Virus record (IMG/VR): IMGVR_UViG_3300027899_000001
Coordinates: 341,017 to 405,016 of that record
Length of the DNA stretch: 64,000 nt
Direction: 5' to 3' (one strand)
The notes under the pieces were generated by a model. It was not told the origin of the DNA. It did no database searches and saw only the letters and a program-made list of their open reading frames with translations. Position numbers and translations under genes: made by a program. The number at the start of each line of letters is the position of its first letter. Within the stretch, counting starts at the first letter, position 1. Positions 8,884 through 16,823 of the stretch are shown here, one piece after another.

Positions 8884-9753
8884 ATGAAAATAAATTACTC
8901 AACTCAAAGGGTAACTGTGCCCACTGTATACGTGACCAAAGGTCGCCAAAGAGTAAAACAGTATGATAACACAATCTATCTTAAAAATGGAGACGAATTC
9001 GAAATAGAATTATTCAATCCATTACAATCTAAAGTTTTAGCGAAAATTGAACTCAACGGAAAGTATCTTGGTGCTGGAATAGTTTTACGTCCAGGTGAAA
9101 GAATGTTTCTTGAAAGATACATCGAAGAGTCCAGAAAATTCATGTTTCAAACATATGAAGTTGATGGTGGTGATACTAATGTTCAAGAAGCTATTAAACT
9201 TAATGGAGTATTAGAGGTTAAATTTTATAAAGAAACTGCACCTTCACAACCATATTACAGAAGTTCTACTATAACTTACACAACCAATCCAAGTTGGACA
9301 GTAACACCTACTTATACACATTATAATACAACAATAGGATATTCTGGTGTAAAAAGTTCAAAAGGAGACATAGAAAATCCTGGTGTTGTTTTTGGTAATG
9401 CTACTACTTTATCATGTTCTGTGGATAATACAAAATCATATGTAGATAGTATGCCCATTGGAGGTGAAGGATTAGGATTTGCGGGATGCGCTGATTTTTC
9501 AAGAGACTTTGCTCCACAAGAACAAACAATAGAAACTGGAAGAGTAGAAAAAGGTTCAAAATCAGATCAAGAATTTTCTACAGATAATACGCAATTTGAT
9601 GTTTATTATAGTTGGAGAAGTGTTTGGAAAATTCTTCCAGAATCTCAAAAGCCACTTATGTCTGAAGACTTAAAAGTATTTTGTACAAATTGTGGAGCTA
9701 AAAGAAAAAAATCTTCTCATAAATTTTGCCCAAACTGTGGCAACCAATTTTAA
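8884..9753 (+). CDS. Hypothetical protein with C-terminal zinc ribbon
   Basis: 289 aa, ends CTNC...FCPNCG. Confidence 0.8.
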   Translation: MKINYSTQRVTVPTVYVTKGRQRVKQYDNTIYLKNGDEFEIELFNPLQSKVLAKIELNGKYLGAGIVLRPGERMFLERYIEESRKFMFQTYEVDGGDTNVQEAIKLNGVLEVKFYKETAPSQPYYRSSTITYTTNPSWTVTPTYTHYNTTIGYSGVKSSKGDIENPGVVFGNATTLSCSVDNTKSYVDSMPIGGEGLGFAGCADFSRDFAPQEQTIETGRVEKGSKSDQEFSTDNTQFDVYYSWRSVWKILPESQKPLMSEDLKVFCTNCGAKRKKSSHKFCPNCGNQF

Positions 9754-9787
9754 TTATTAACTAAACACAAGGTTATATAAAAAACTA

Positions 9788-9811
9788 AAGAGGACTTTAA
9801 GTCCTCTTTTT
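9788..9811. terminator. Bidirectional terminator between convergent genes
   Basis: aaagaggac-ttaa-like loop-gtcctcttt with A and T tracts on either side. Confidence 0.75.
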
Positions 9812-10137
9812 TATGAATATAATTCATCAATTTTATTTTGAATATTAGATTTTGGACATAATCCTACTTGATGCCAAATATTACCGCCATCCTTAAAAAA
9901 TATCAATGTGGGAATACTTCGTATACCAAATAATTTAGTAACTTCATGACTTTCATCTACGTTACATTTAACAACTTCTATTTTTTGGTTTTCTTCTGAA
10001 AGTTCTTCCATAATTGGACCTAATACTCTACAAGGTCCACACCATTCTGCCCAAAAATCAACTATTATAGATTTTCCCGAATCTATAAGAATTTCTTTAT
10101 AATTTTTATCAGTTATTTCTCTCATATTATAATTCAT
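9811..10137 (-). CDS. trxA: Thioredoxin
   Basis: VDFWAEWCGPC, IRSIPT. Confidence 0.95.
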   Translation of the reverse strand: MNYNMREITDKNYKEILIDSGKSIIVDFWAEWCGPCRVLGPIMEELSEENQKIEVVKCNVDESHEVTKLFGIRSIPTLIFFKDGGNIWHQVGLCPKSNIQNKIDELYS

Positions 10138-10312
10138 TTATTAAAATTTGTGCTGCTATTTCACAATCATATTCATTTTCATATACGTGTGTACTTGCTC
10201 CTTTAACTACTGTACCATCTAAAGATTTTACTACAAACTCAAAATCATTATAAATAGGATGACAATGTATCTCAATCATATACCCATTATATTCGTAGTT
10301 TTTATTTATCAT
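10127..10312 (-). CDS. Hypothetical protein, paralog of 10309..10509
   Basis: Both begin M.N....YNGY.I.I and end E..A...IN.L. Confidence 0.65.
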   Translation of the reverse strand: MINKNYEYNGYMIEIHCHPIYNDFEFVVKSLDGTVVKGASTHVYENEYDCEIAAQILINEL

Positions 10313-10509
10313 GATACTATCCAGCCATCTTTATTTGCGGTTAAACGATTTATATACAGTTTTGCATGTAATTCAGCTTCTGATGGATATGGAAAACTTG
10401 GTCCTGTTGGTGTAATTATTTTTCCATCTTTCATAATAGTATACTGATAAGCTGTATGCGTTTCATTAATACTAATAAGATATCCGTTATAAACAATGTT
10501 ATTTTCCAT
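10309..10509 (-). CDS. Hypothetical protein, paralog of 10127..10312
   Basis: Shared YNGY.I.I and EAELHAKLYINRL pattern. Confidence 0.65.
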   Translation of the reverse strand: MENNIVYNGYLISINETHTAYQYTIMKDGKIITPTGPSFPYPSEAELHAKLYINRLTANKDGWIVS

Positions 10510-10522
10510 AATTTATTTATTT

Positions 10523-10599
10523 TGGTTGTCCCGGCAAGGCTCGAACTTGAAGTCTTCAGAATCAAAATCTGACGTGTTAACCGATTACACCACGGGACA
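10523..10599 (-). tRNA. tRNA-Gln(UUG), CCA encoded
   Basis: Cloverleaf UGUCCCG/CGGGACA, anticodon arm UCAGA-UUUUGAU-UCUGA, T loop UUCGAGC. Confidence 0.9.
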
Positions 10600-11241
10600 A
10601 TTTATAAAATCTAATAATTTTTCTATTGTAAAATATTTCAATTCATAATATGGTATTCTATATATTCTCCATCCTTTAGATCTTAAAAAATTATCTTTTT
10701 TCATATCATGTTCAACCCTTTTTAATCCGTTAGTAAAATGAGGTTCTCCATCATATTCAATAGCAATTTTTTGATCAACAAAAGCAAAATCTATAAAATA
10801 AGGATAAATTGGATATTCATTTATAATTGAATATTTTTCATAAAAACTATTATCTTTAAGCATTTTATTTATTATGCTTTCTCCTTTACTCATCAATCTT
10901 TTATGTCTATTTGTAAAAGTTGAAATATTATTTTCATCAGATAAATAGTCAAAACGTTTTTGTCTTAAAATTTCTTTAGATTGTTCGTTATGATGTTTAT
11001 CCTTGAATGCGTTAGTTATGTTTCCTTCTTTATAATTTTGTTTTAATGTGTTTGATTGTTGTAAAATAGACGCATTATTATGTTTTGTTTTTCCTTTTGC
11101 CCAGTGTATTTTTTCACCAGTTTTCAATGTTTTTCCCGTATCATGTGCTTTACCTTCTTCTGTATGAGTCCTCCAAATATGGCCTTTAATTCCATATTTA
11201 TTATATTCTTTTTCGCAATAAGGACATTTCATACAATACAT
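10585..11241 (-). CDS. Free-standing endonuclease (C2H2 finger + DUF559/Vsr-like domain)
   Basis: CPYC...HIWRTH; YFIDFAF...IAIEYDGEPH...D..L...GWRIYRI. Confidence 0.85.
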   Translation of the reverse strand: MYCMKCPYCEKEYNKYGIKGHIWRTHTEEGKAHDTGKTLKTGEKIHWAKGKTKHNNASILQQSNTLKQNYKEGNITNAFKDKHHNEQSKEILRQKRFDYLSDENNISTFTNRHKRLMSKGESIINKMLKDNSFYEKYSIINEYPIYPYFIDFAFVDQKIAIEYDGEPHFTNGLKRVEHDMKKDNFLRSKGWRIYRIPYYELKYFTIEKLLDFINCPVV

Positions 11242-11247
11242 TTAATT

Positions 11248-11325
11248 TGGTAGCGGGGAAGGGAATCGAACCCCTGTAGTACGGGTTATGAGCCCGAGCT
11301 GGAACCGTCTCCAGTCCACCCCGCG
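11248..11325 (-). tRNA. tRNA-Met(CAU), initiator type, CCA encoded
   Basis: C1:A72 mismatch, GGG/CCC anticodon stem, loop CUCAUAA. Confidence 0.92.
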
Positions 11326-11331
11326 ATATTT

Positions 11332-11538
11332 CTAAAAAGTTTTAATGTCTAGAGGATTGCTTAAATCAAGATGATCCTCTTTAACAATATAAGTTCTTCC
11401 AATCGATTTTTGTGAAAAATAACTCTCAAGTAATTCTCCTAATCTAAGATTTGTGTATTGATTTGGATTACTTTCTTTAGATAAAAGAATTTTCACTGCA
11501 TCTGATCTGTGAATTTCAAAAAAAGTATTTTCTGACAT
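11332..11538 (-). CDS. Hypothetical protein
   Basis: 68-aa ORF after a TATATAA promoter; ends in TAG just before tRNA-Met. Confidence 0.6.
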   Translation of the reverse strand: MSENTFFEIHRSDAVKILLSKESNPNQYTNLRLGELLESYFSQKSIGRTYIVKEDHLDLSNPLDIKTF

Positions 11539-11587
11539 ATTTTTAAGTATTTATATTTTATATATCAAAAATTCTAAAAGTTTTGAG

Positions 11588-11875
11588 TTAATTATAGGTA
11601 ACATTTATCGATTTCATAACCAATTTAGCAAGTTTTTTAGGCTTTTGTTTAGGATAACGTAAATACCATTGCGCACCATTTCTTCCATGAAATGAACCAT
11701 AAATTCCATAAAACATTACTTCTTTTATATAACGATTCATTGAATTATAGGTATAATCGCCGATAACTTTAGTTAAAGGAAATATTTTTCCTTTACGTTT
11801 TTCTGATTTCCAAATCTTAAGAATTTTCTTAATTTTTGTTTTTACTTGCTCCTGTGTATATGTTTTATGTCTCAT
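11588..11875 (-). CDS. Hypothetical basic protein
   Basis: 95-aa ORF. Confidence 0.6.
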   Translation of the reverse strand: MRHKTYTQEQVKTKIKKILKIWKSEKRKGKIFPLTKVIGDYTYNSMNRYIKEVMFYGIYGSFHGRNGAQWYLRYPKQKPKKLAKLVMKSINVTYN

Positions 11876-11885
11876 GATTTTATAA

Positions 11886-12293
11886 TTATTTTCTATCGCC
11901 TTTTAATTTCTGATCTATATCTAAAGGATTTCCAGTATCATGTTGCATACCTTTACCTTGATAAATTGAAAATTCTGCATCTTCACATTGACTAACATAA
12001 CTCATCCAATATCCCCAGTCTGAATATGCATCTGTTTCCCATATTTCAATATCTCCTGCATGAACAGTATAAGTTGTATGCATTCCAATTCCAAGTGTAC
12101 GTTCACCAAGAAAGTCTTCTACTCTATAGTCATAAACATCTACAATTATAGCTCCTGGAAAATCATTGTAAATAGTAATTGTACCTGTATGATTTTCTTC
12201 ACATGGTTCTTTATCTCCACAAGAAAAAATTCCAATAATAGCAATCATAAATAATGATGCTATAAATAATTTAAAAAAGTTTGATCGTTTCAT
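11886..12293 (-). CDS. Putative lipoprotein
   Basis: Signal peptide with lipobox IFSC followed by acidic residues. Confidence 0.7.
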   Translation of the reverse strand: MKRSNFFKLFIASLFMIAIIGIFSCGDKEPCEENHTGTITIYNDFPGAIIVDVYDYRVEDFLGERTLGIGMHTTYTVHAGDIEIWETDAYSDWGYWMSYVSQCEDAEFSIYQGKGMQHDTGNPLDIDQKLKGDRK

Positions 12294-12312
12294 TTGTTAT
12301 CATATTTAATTA

Positions 12313-12813
12313 TTAATAATTTTTGAATAAAGGAATTCCTAATGTTAATTCACCTGTCCATACTCCAGTATATTCATTCCATCCATATCCTATTCCTGCT
12401 TTAAAATATACTCTATTACCGTTATATTTTGAACCTACCATAACTATAGTTACTGGCTCTGTTCCTCCATAACCATAACTATCTTCATATTGATAACCAT
12501 CAGATGCTACACCCACTGATAAATAAAAAGTATAAATATCAGTTGGAGGTCCACTATATAAAGAAGCAGCAAATCCAAAAGAATTTATATTTTCTCCAGT
12601 CATAGGCATTGTAGTTGGCATCCAACCTCCTGTTAGTCCAAATAATCCTGATTGAAAGTCTGCGCCAACCACTCCATCAAGCCAAGAATATCCTCCGTGA
12701 ATACTTAAAGCATATGGTGTATGAGTTGTTAAATCATTTGTTTGTTGCGCATTTAATGTTGATGAAATGAATACAGACATCATCAAGCAAAAAACAAAAA
12801 GAAATTTTTTCAT
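12313..12813 (-). CDS. Putative outer-membrane beta-barrel protein
   Basis: Cleavable signal peptide (..LNA/QQ), alternating Gly/aromatic beta strands, C-terminal LTLGIPLF. Confidence 0.65.
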   Translation of the reverse strand: MKKFLFVFCLMMSVFISSTLNAQQTNDLTTHTPYALSIHGGYSWLDGVVGADFQSGLFGLTGGWMPTTMPMTGENINSFGFAASLYSGPPTDIYTFYLSVGVASDGYQYEDSYGYGGTEPVTIVMVGSKYNGNRVYFKAGIGYGWNEYTGVWTGELTLGIPLFKNY

Positions 12814-12910
12814 GTGTATAAATGTTTAGTTAATAAAAAATTTATATTTATATATATGTTAAAAGTTTTATATTTTGATGTAAACAAAATGATATTTGAT
12901 GTAAAATTTG

Positions 12911-12983
12911 TCCCTCTAGAGAGATTCGAACTCTCGACACGCGGGATTAGAAGCCGCTGGTCTGACCACTGACCTATAGAGGG
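12911..12983 (-). tRNA. tRNA with anticodon CUA (amber suppressor)
   Basis: 73-nt canonical cloverleaf CCCUCUA UA GGUC AGUGGUCA GACC A GCGGC UUCUAAU CCCGC GUGUC GAGAG UUCGAAU CUCUC UAGAGGG A; standard numbering puts CUA at 34-36; C31:C39 mismatch. Confidence 0.8.
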
Positions 12984-13011
12984 TAAAAGAGGGCATTTAA
13001 CCCTCATTGTT

Positions 13012-13338
13012 TTATTCTTTTTTTGTATGAAATTCTATACATTTATTTATTGCGTTTGGATATTGATTAAGAGGGTGATTTTCTTCAGGGTAATGATTTT
13101 CAATCTGTGAGAATTTTTTTCCTCTCATTAATCCATATGCTGCATATTTAATTCTTAATTCTAATCCGCCTACGTAAGATTTCCATGCGGCGTCTTTAGG
13201 TTCTATAATTCTTTCACCTTTTAAATGAACAGTCTTTCTTTGATTTTTCATAGCTCTTTGTAATGCTGCGCTTTGTTTAATATCTTTTTTTAAAGATTCG
13301 ATTGCGACTTTATCGATTGTTTTTTCTATTGTTTCCAT
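13012..13338 (-). CDS. Hypothetical protein in amber module
   Basis: 108 aa, YAAYGLMRGKKFSQIE segment; lies between the amber leader peptide and the CUA tRNA. Confidence 0.8.
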   Translation of the reverse strand: METIEKTIDKVAIESLKKDIKQSAALQRAMKNQRKTVHLKGERIIEPKDAAWKSYVGGLELRIKYAAYGLMRGKKFSQIENHYPEENHPLNQYPNAINKCIEFHTKKE

Positions 13339-13417
13339 AATGATTATTTTATTTTAGTTATTAAATTAATTGATCAAGGACATAATGTCTTTGAGATTGT
13401 CTTCGATAACCTAATCA

Positions 13418-13444
13418 TTAGGGAGATCTAATCTAGTGTGTCAT
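13418..13444 (-). promoter_or_regulatory. Putative leader peptide M-T-H-(TAG)-I-R-S-P-stop
   Basis: ATG ACA CAC TAG ATT AGA TCT CCC TAA TGA with A-rich start context (ttaaaactATG). Confidence 0.55.
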
Positions 13445-13507
13445 AGTTTTAAGTTTTAATTTAGTTTAAATCTAATAAAAATTTTTGATATAATTTTATT
13501 GTATATA

Positions 13508-13858
13508 TTAAAGTTTTGTTAATGTTTCTTCTTTTAAAGCTAATGGTAAATTGGATGTTAATTTATGAGATCTTTCTCCAGGTTCAATAGCGATCGCAGT
13601 TAATTGATTTCCAATATCTGGTTCAAGAAACGTTGTATACTTTAAATCGTAAAATTTAATTTTTTCTAAAAGGTGTTTAAGTTGTTGTTCATTTTCAACA
13701 GATAAGAATATCAAATACTTAGAATTAGTATTCCATTCCTTTGCGATTTCTGGATGTTCATGTTGAAATTCAATTGCAGCATGTGCGGCTTGAACTGCCT
13801 GATAACCCGGAGTTAAATCTCTACGGGTAATAACAATTAATTTGTGTATCTATTTCAT
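13508..13858 (-). CDS. pth2: Peptidyl-tRNA hydrolase type 2-like protein with in-frame TAG at codon 3
   Basis: MK*IHKLIVITRRDLTPGYQAVQAAHAAIEF...W...LIFLSVENEQQL...FLEPDIGNQLTAIAIEP...SNLPLA; the ORF track caught only the last 68 aa. Confidence 0.8.
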
Positions 13859-13859
13859 T

Positions 13860-13937
13860 TTATTTACTATTTTTTTTATAACTTACATAAAGTATAAGTA
13901 ATACTACTATTGATATAATTATGATAATTGTTCCCAT
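13860..13937 (-). CDS. 25-aa single-pass membrane peptide
   Basis: MGTIIIIISIVVLLILYVSYKKNSK; stop 1 nt before the pth2 ATG. Confidence 0.45.
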   Translation of the reverse strand: MGTIIIIISIVVLLILYVSYKKNSK

Positions 13938-13951
13938 ATTTTATTATATAT

Positions 13952-14065
13952 TTAAATTGAAAAAAGTTTCATAATTAATATAACTAACATAATTCCTATC
14001 ATACTCCAAAAAACTACTTTATAGGAATAAGATTTGTCTCTATTGTAATAATCTTCACTTTTCAT
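13952..14065 (-). CDS. 37-aa membrane peptide
   Basis: MKSEDYYNRDKSYSYKVVFWSMIGIMLVILIMKLFSI; ATGA overlap with upstream gene. Confidence 0.5.
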   Translation of the reverse strand: MKSEDYYNRDKSYSYKVVFWSMIGIMLVILIMKLFSI

Positions 14066-14379
14066 TTGTATTCTTCTCCAGATATATCTACTAGTGCTTT
14101 AGGAATAAAAATTTCATCTTGTCCTTCATACCATTCATTTGGCCAATTATCAATATCTAATATTGGTCTTTTAAATGCTTTTTTAATTTCTTTTCTAACC
14201 CATTTTAAATCTTTAATAGAAGTATGTTCAACCATTAAACTCTTATCTGAATAACTTGTTGGAACATCGTTTTTATCATAATAAACTTCTGATATGGAAA
14301 AATATCTTTCTTTTCCTTTTGCATATCTTCCAGTTATTACTCTAAAATTCCAATGATGTTGAGGTTTATATTTTTTCAT
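14062..14379 (-). CDS. Hypothetical phage protein
   Basis: WNFRV...FSISEVYYD...KAFKRPIL pattern. Confidence 0.7.
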   Translation of the reverse strand: MKKYKPQHHWNFRVITGRYAKGKERYFSISEVYYDKNDVPTSYSDKSLMVEHTSIKDLKWVRKEIKKAFKRPILDIDNWPNEWYEGQDEIFIPKALVDISGEEYK

Positions 14380-14402
14380 GATGTTGAGGTTTATATTTTT
14401 TC
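14353..14402. repeat. 25-bp perfect tandem duplication
   Basis: atgatgttgaggtttatattttttc x2, spanning the start of the 14062..14379 gene. Confidence 0.9.
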
Positions 14403-14403
14403 A

Positions 14404-14580
14404 TTAAAAATCATCTTCTAAATAATATACAAAATCATAAATATCTGCTACCATAGTTTCTTGTAAACATACATCGCAAGTATCTTCCCAAAATGATGCT
14501 ACACCTGCTAAAGTTTTGCCTTGTTTTTTAGCGCACTTTTCGCAAATTTGGACAATCATTTTTCTATCATTCTTTGACAT
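14404..14580 (-). CDS. Small Cys-rich hypothetical protein
   Basis: CEKC...CDVC; start reassigned to MSKNDRK. Confidence 0.55.
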   Translation of the reverse strand: MSKNDRKMIVQICEKCAKKQGKTLAGVASFWEDTCDVCLQETMVADIYDFVYYLEDDF

Positions 14581-14851
14581 CTTCTTCCTTTTTGACATCT
14601 TCTTCTTTTTTAGTATTTTCAATTATTTTTGGTCCTCTTCCTGTCATAACACCAAGAACTATTACCGCAACGATATCTAAAAATACTGTTAATCCTTGTA
14701 CATCATTAATTGTACCTCCGGCAGATCCTACACTAAGTCCAATTAAAAAACCCACAAATAATGCAGCGCCTAAAGGAATTAAAGCATACCATCTCCAACC
14801 TTTACGCCAAGCTAAAATAGTTAGAACTATTTGAAGAATAAATAAAATCAT
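14567..14851 (-). CDS. Small membrane protein
   Basis: Three hydrophobic segments, KKEEDV repeated tail. Confidence 0.7.
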   Translation of the reverse strand: MILFILQIVLTILAWRKGWRWYALIPLGAALFVGFLIGLSVGSAGGTINDVQGLTVFLDIVAVIVLGVMTGRGPKIIENTKKEEDVKKEEDVKE

Positions 14852-14884
14852 AATTTTATTTTATTAAATGAATACTAAAAATTG

Positions 14885-14966
14885 TGGCCAAAAAGGGACT
14901 CGAACCCTTACGTCTTTCAACACATGCTTTTGAGGCATACGCGTCTACCAATTTCGCCATCTGGCC
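14885..14966 (-). tRNA. tRNA-Leu(CAA)
   Basis: GGCCAGA/UUUGGCC acceptor, loop CUCAAAA, long variable arm, A73. Confidence 0.9.
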
Positions 14967-15265
14967 AGGCTAGCCTCCGCCGATCTTTCATCAGTTTCTT
15001 TTGTTAAACCTTTTCTCCAATTTCTTTTTCCTACAAATCCGTCTATAGCTGGTTTTCCTTCTCTATGAATTAAACAGTGTAAAAAATGTGAATTTAAACT
15101 TTGATGATTATTGAATTCTTTTTCACATTCGCATCTATATAAATTTTCATTAATTTTATATTTTGATGGTTGTTTTTCTTTTTTAACATAGATTTTACAA
15201 AAAGTTTTATGCCCATTTATTCCTTGAGAACTTTCAAATTCTCTTCCACATTCACACTTATACAT
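14945..15265 (-). pseudogene. Truncated zinc-finger endonuclease remnant
   Basis: Two YKCECG.EF...HC repeats and WRKGLTKETDER, no nuclease domain; frame runs into tRNA-Leu. Confidence 0.6.
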
Positions 15266-15318
15266 TTTTAATTTATATATTCATAAACAAATTTGGGAGA
15301 GTCAATGATTATTCTATG

Positions 15319-15406
15319 TGCTCTTGAAGGGGATCGAACCCTCAATCCTTTTTAAGGCATTAATTTTTGAGACTAACGTGTATTTCCTATTTTCCACCAC
15401 AAGAGC
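15319..15406 (-). tRNA. tRNA-Leu(CAA), second copy
   Basis: GCUCUUG/CAAGAGC acceptor, UUAGU-CUCAAAA-AUUAA, long variable arm. Confidence 0.85.
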
Positions 15407-15421
15407 AAAATTTATTTTTTG

Positions 15422-15495
15422 TACTGCGTGCGGAGCTCGAATCCGCGAATTCAGGATTGAAAGTCCTGTGTGTTAACCAACTTCACCAACGCAGC
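15422..15495 (-). tRNA. tRNA-Glu(UUC)
   Basis: CAGGA-CUUUCAA-UCCUG anticodon arm, full cloverleaf. Confidence 0.88.
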
Positions 15496-15504
15496 ATATT
15501 TAAT

Positions 15505-15615
15505 TTCAGAAATTCTGAGAATCGAGAATCACCGTGAAACTTTTGTCTATCACAAGGATGCCAACCCACCCTTCAACTGTTTTAACGCCGAGTTGGGGTC
15601 GCTTTATCAGTTGCA
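15505..15615 (-). ncRNA. Unidentified structured RNA with pseudoknot potential
   Basis: GC-rich island; CAACUG/CAGUUG stem, loop CCAACUC complementary to downstream GGGUUGG, two further hairpins. Confidence 0.45.
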
Positions 15616-15627
15616 TTTAATAACTTA

Positions 15628-15757
15628 AAAAAATCGTTACAAGGAATCAAACCCTGTTATTTCTTCGCTGAGTCCATACTATAGCTAGGATTATTCATTT
15701 ACTTCATAGATTTCACTACCTCTTGGTTTTTAAGCGAATCGAGGATAACGATTTTTT
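15628..15757 (-). ncRNA. tRNA-like structured RNA (acceptor stem + T arm, expanded core)
   Basis: AUCGUUA/UAACGAU stem stacked on CAGGG-UUUGAUU-CCUUG; internal CCUC/GAGG hairpin whose loop UUCGCU can pair with AGCGAA. Confidence 0.5.
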
Positions 15758-15772
15758 ATTTTTTCAAAGAAC

Positions 15773-16003
15773 TTATAATAATCTTTTATCTTTTTTATAT
15801 TTTTTAAATTCTACGTCTGTATCTATTGTTGTATCTAATTTATCTTTGTATTCTTTCATTAACCATTTTGCAAATCCCAATTTTAATTTAGTAGTTTCAA
15901 GATCATCAATAGTAAATAACATATTATATTGTATTGAATAATCTGCTCTATCTATTAAACTATCCAATTGATCTGTTATAACTTTTGATACTGATCCTGT
16001 CAT
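15773..16003 (-). CDS. Hypothetical protein
   Basis: 76-aa ORF; C-terminus resembles 16013..16213. Confidence 0.6.
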   Translation of the reverse strand: MTGSVSKVITDQLDSLIDRADYSIQYNMLFTIDDLETTKLKLGFAKWLMKEYKDKLDTTIDTDVEFKKYKKDKRLL

Positions 16004-16012
16004 ATTATATTT

Positions 16013-16213
16013 TTATCTATTTAAAAATTTATTCCAAATTTCATCTGCATCAATTTCTTTATTTAAATTTCCTTTAAGCTCTAAAATAAGAAATTTTACG
16101 AAATTAATATCTTTATTCATAATAGCCACATCTTTTGTATTCATTGATAATACTTCTTGAACATCAGATAAATGACTCATTGCTATTAAAGACGCTGTTG
16201 TTTTCATTATCAT
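16013..16213 (-). CDS. Hypothetical protein
   Basis: 66-aa ORF, SHLSDVQE...INFVKFLI. Confidence 0.65.
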   Translation of the reverse strand: MIMKTTASLIAMSHLSDVQEVLSMNTKDVAIMNKDINFVKFLILELKGNLNKEIDADEIWNKFLNR

Positions 16214-16272
16214 TTTTTATTTTATAGTGTAAATATAATAAAAAGATTTGACAGAAAAAAATATTTAAGCAA

Positions 16273-16578
16273 CTATTTTTCAGTTTCTACAAAATTTTCA
16301 TCTATAAAATTTGATAACTTTTTTGCTTCTGTTGGAGTTAATAAAATTTCATCTAAATGCATTTTACCTGTTTTCATATAGTGCCACATTACTTTCAATT
16401 TATCCCAAAATCTCGGTTTTTCTGAATAATTTCCATAACTAAACATTGCTAAAGTAAATTCTTGTCTTACTCTAGTTGTTTTAGATATCGTATCGTCAAA
16501 GTATTCTGTTTCACTTTGTACTACTAATAAATGTGCTCCACATTCACATTCAATTATGGTTTTCTTTGTTTCTTCCAT
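16273..16578 (-). CDS. Hypothetical protein
   Basis: 101-aa ORF with CECGAH. Confidence 0.7.
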   Translation of the reverse strand: MEETKKTIIECECGAHLLVVQSETEYFDDTISKTTRVRQEFTLAMFSYGNYSEKPRFWDKLKVMWHYMKTGKMHLDEILLTPTEAKKLSNFIDENFVETEK

Positions 16579-16808
16579 TATTGTTCTATTTTATATAAAT
16601 TATTATTAAATTCAAAATGATCTCCACAACAATTCTGAGATCCATCATCGTTTTCTAGTTCGCAAAATTGTTGTGTAGAACTTATAAACTTATGAATACA
16701 ATAATCACATTTAAATTCATGATTTTTAAAATCTACACAGTATTTTGAACATAAATGTTTATCATGTTCATATATGCAAGTCGTACAGTTTTTAGCAATA
16801 GTAATCAT
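16578..16808 (-). CDS. Cys-rich hypothetical protein
   Basis: Start reassigned to MITIAKNC because the listed start lies inside tRNA-Tyr. Confidence 0.6.
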   Translation of the reverse strand: MITIAKNCTTCIYEHDKHLCSKYCVDFKNHEFKCDYCIHKFISSTQQFCELENDDGSQNCCGDHFEFNNNLYKIEQ

Positions 16809-16823
16809 AATTTTAAATATTTG

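Noticed and set aside
12911-12983. Reading this tRNA as Arg(UCU)
   Set aside because: Placing UCU at 34-36 requires an anticodon stem AGCGG/UCCCG with two mismatches and no position 26. The CUA register gives canonical spacing with four G-C pairs. Not fully excluded without tRNAscan or experiment.
12810-13007. 65-aa ORF in the track
   Set aside because: It overlaps the CUA tRNA and a promoter; spurious.
14353-14402. Regulatory uORF from the 25-bp duplication
   Set aside because: Most simply a recent slippage duplication or assembly artefact; nothing else supports function.
15505-15615. Twister, pistol or hammerhead ribozyme call
   Set aside because: Only superficial similarity; required conserved catalytic nucleotides could not be placed (for example CUGAUAA instead of CUGANGA).
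15628-15757. tmRNA
   Set aside because: Too short, no Ala G3:U70 acceptor identity and no tag reading frame.
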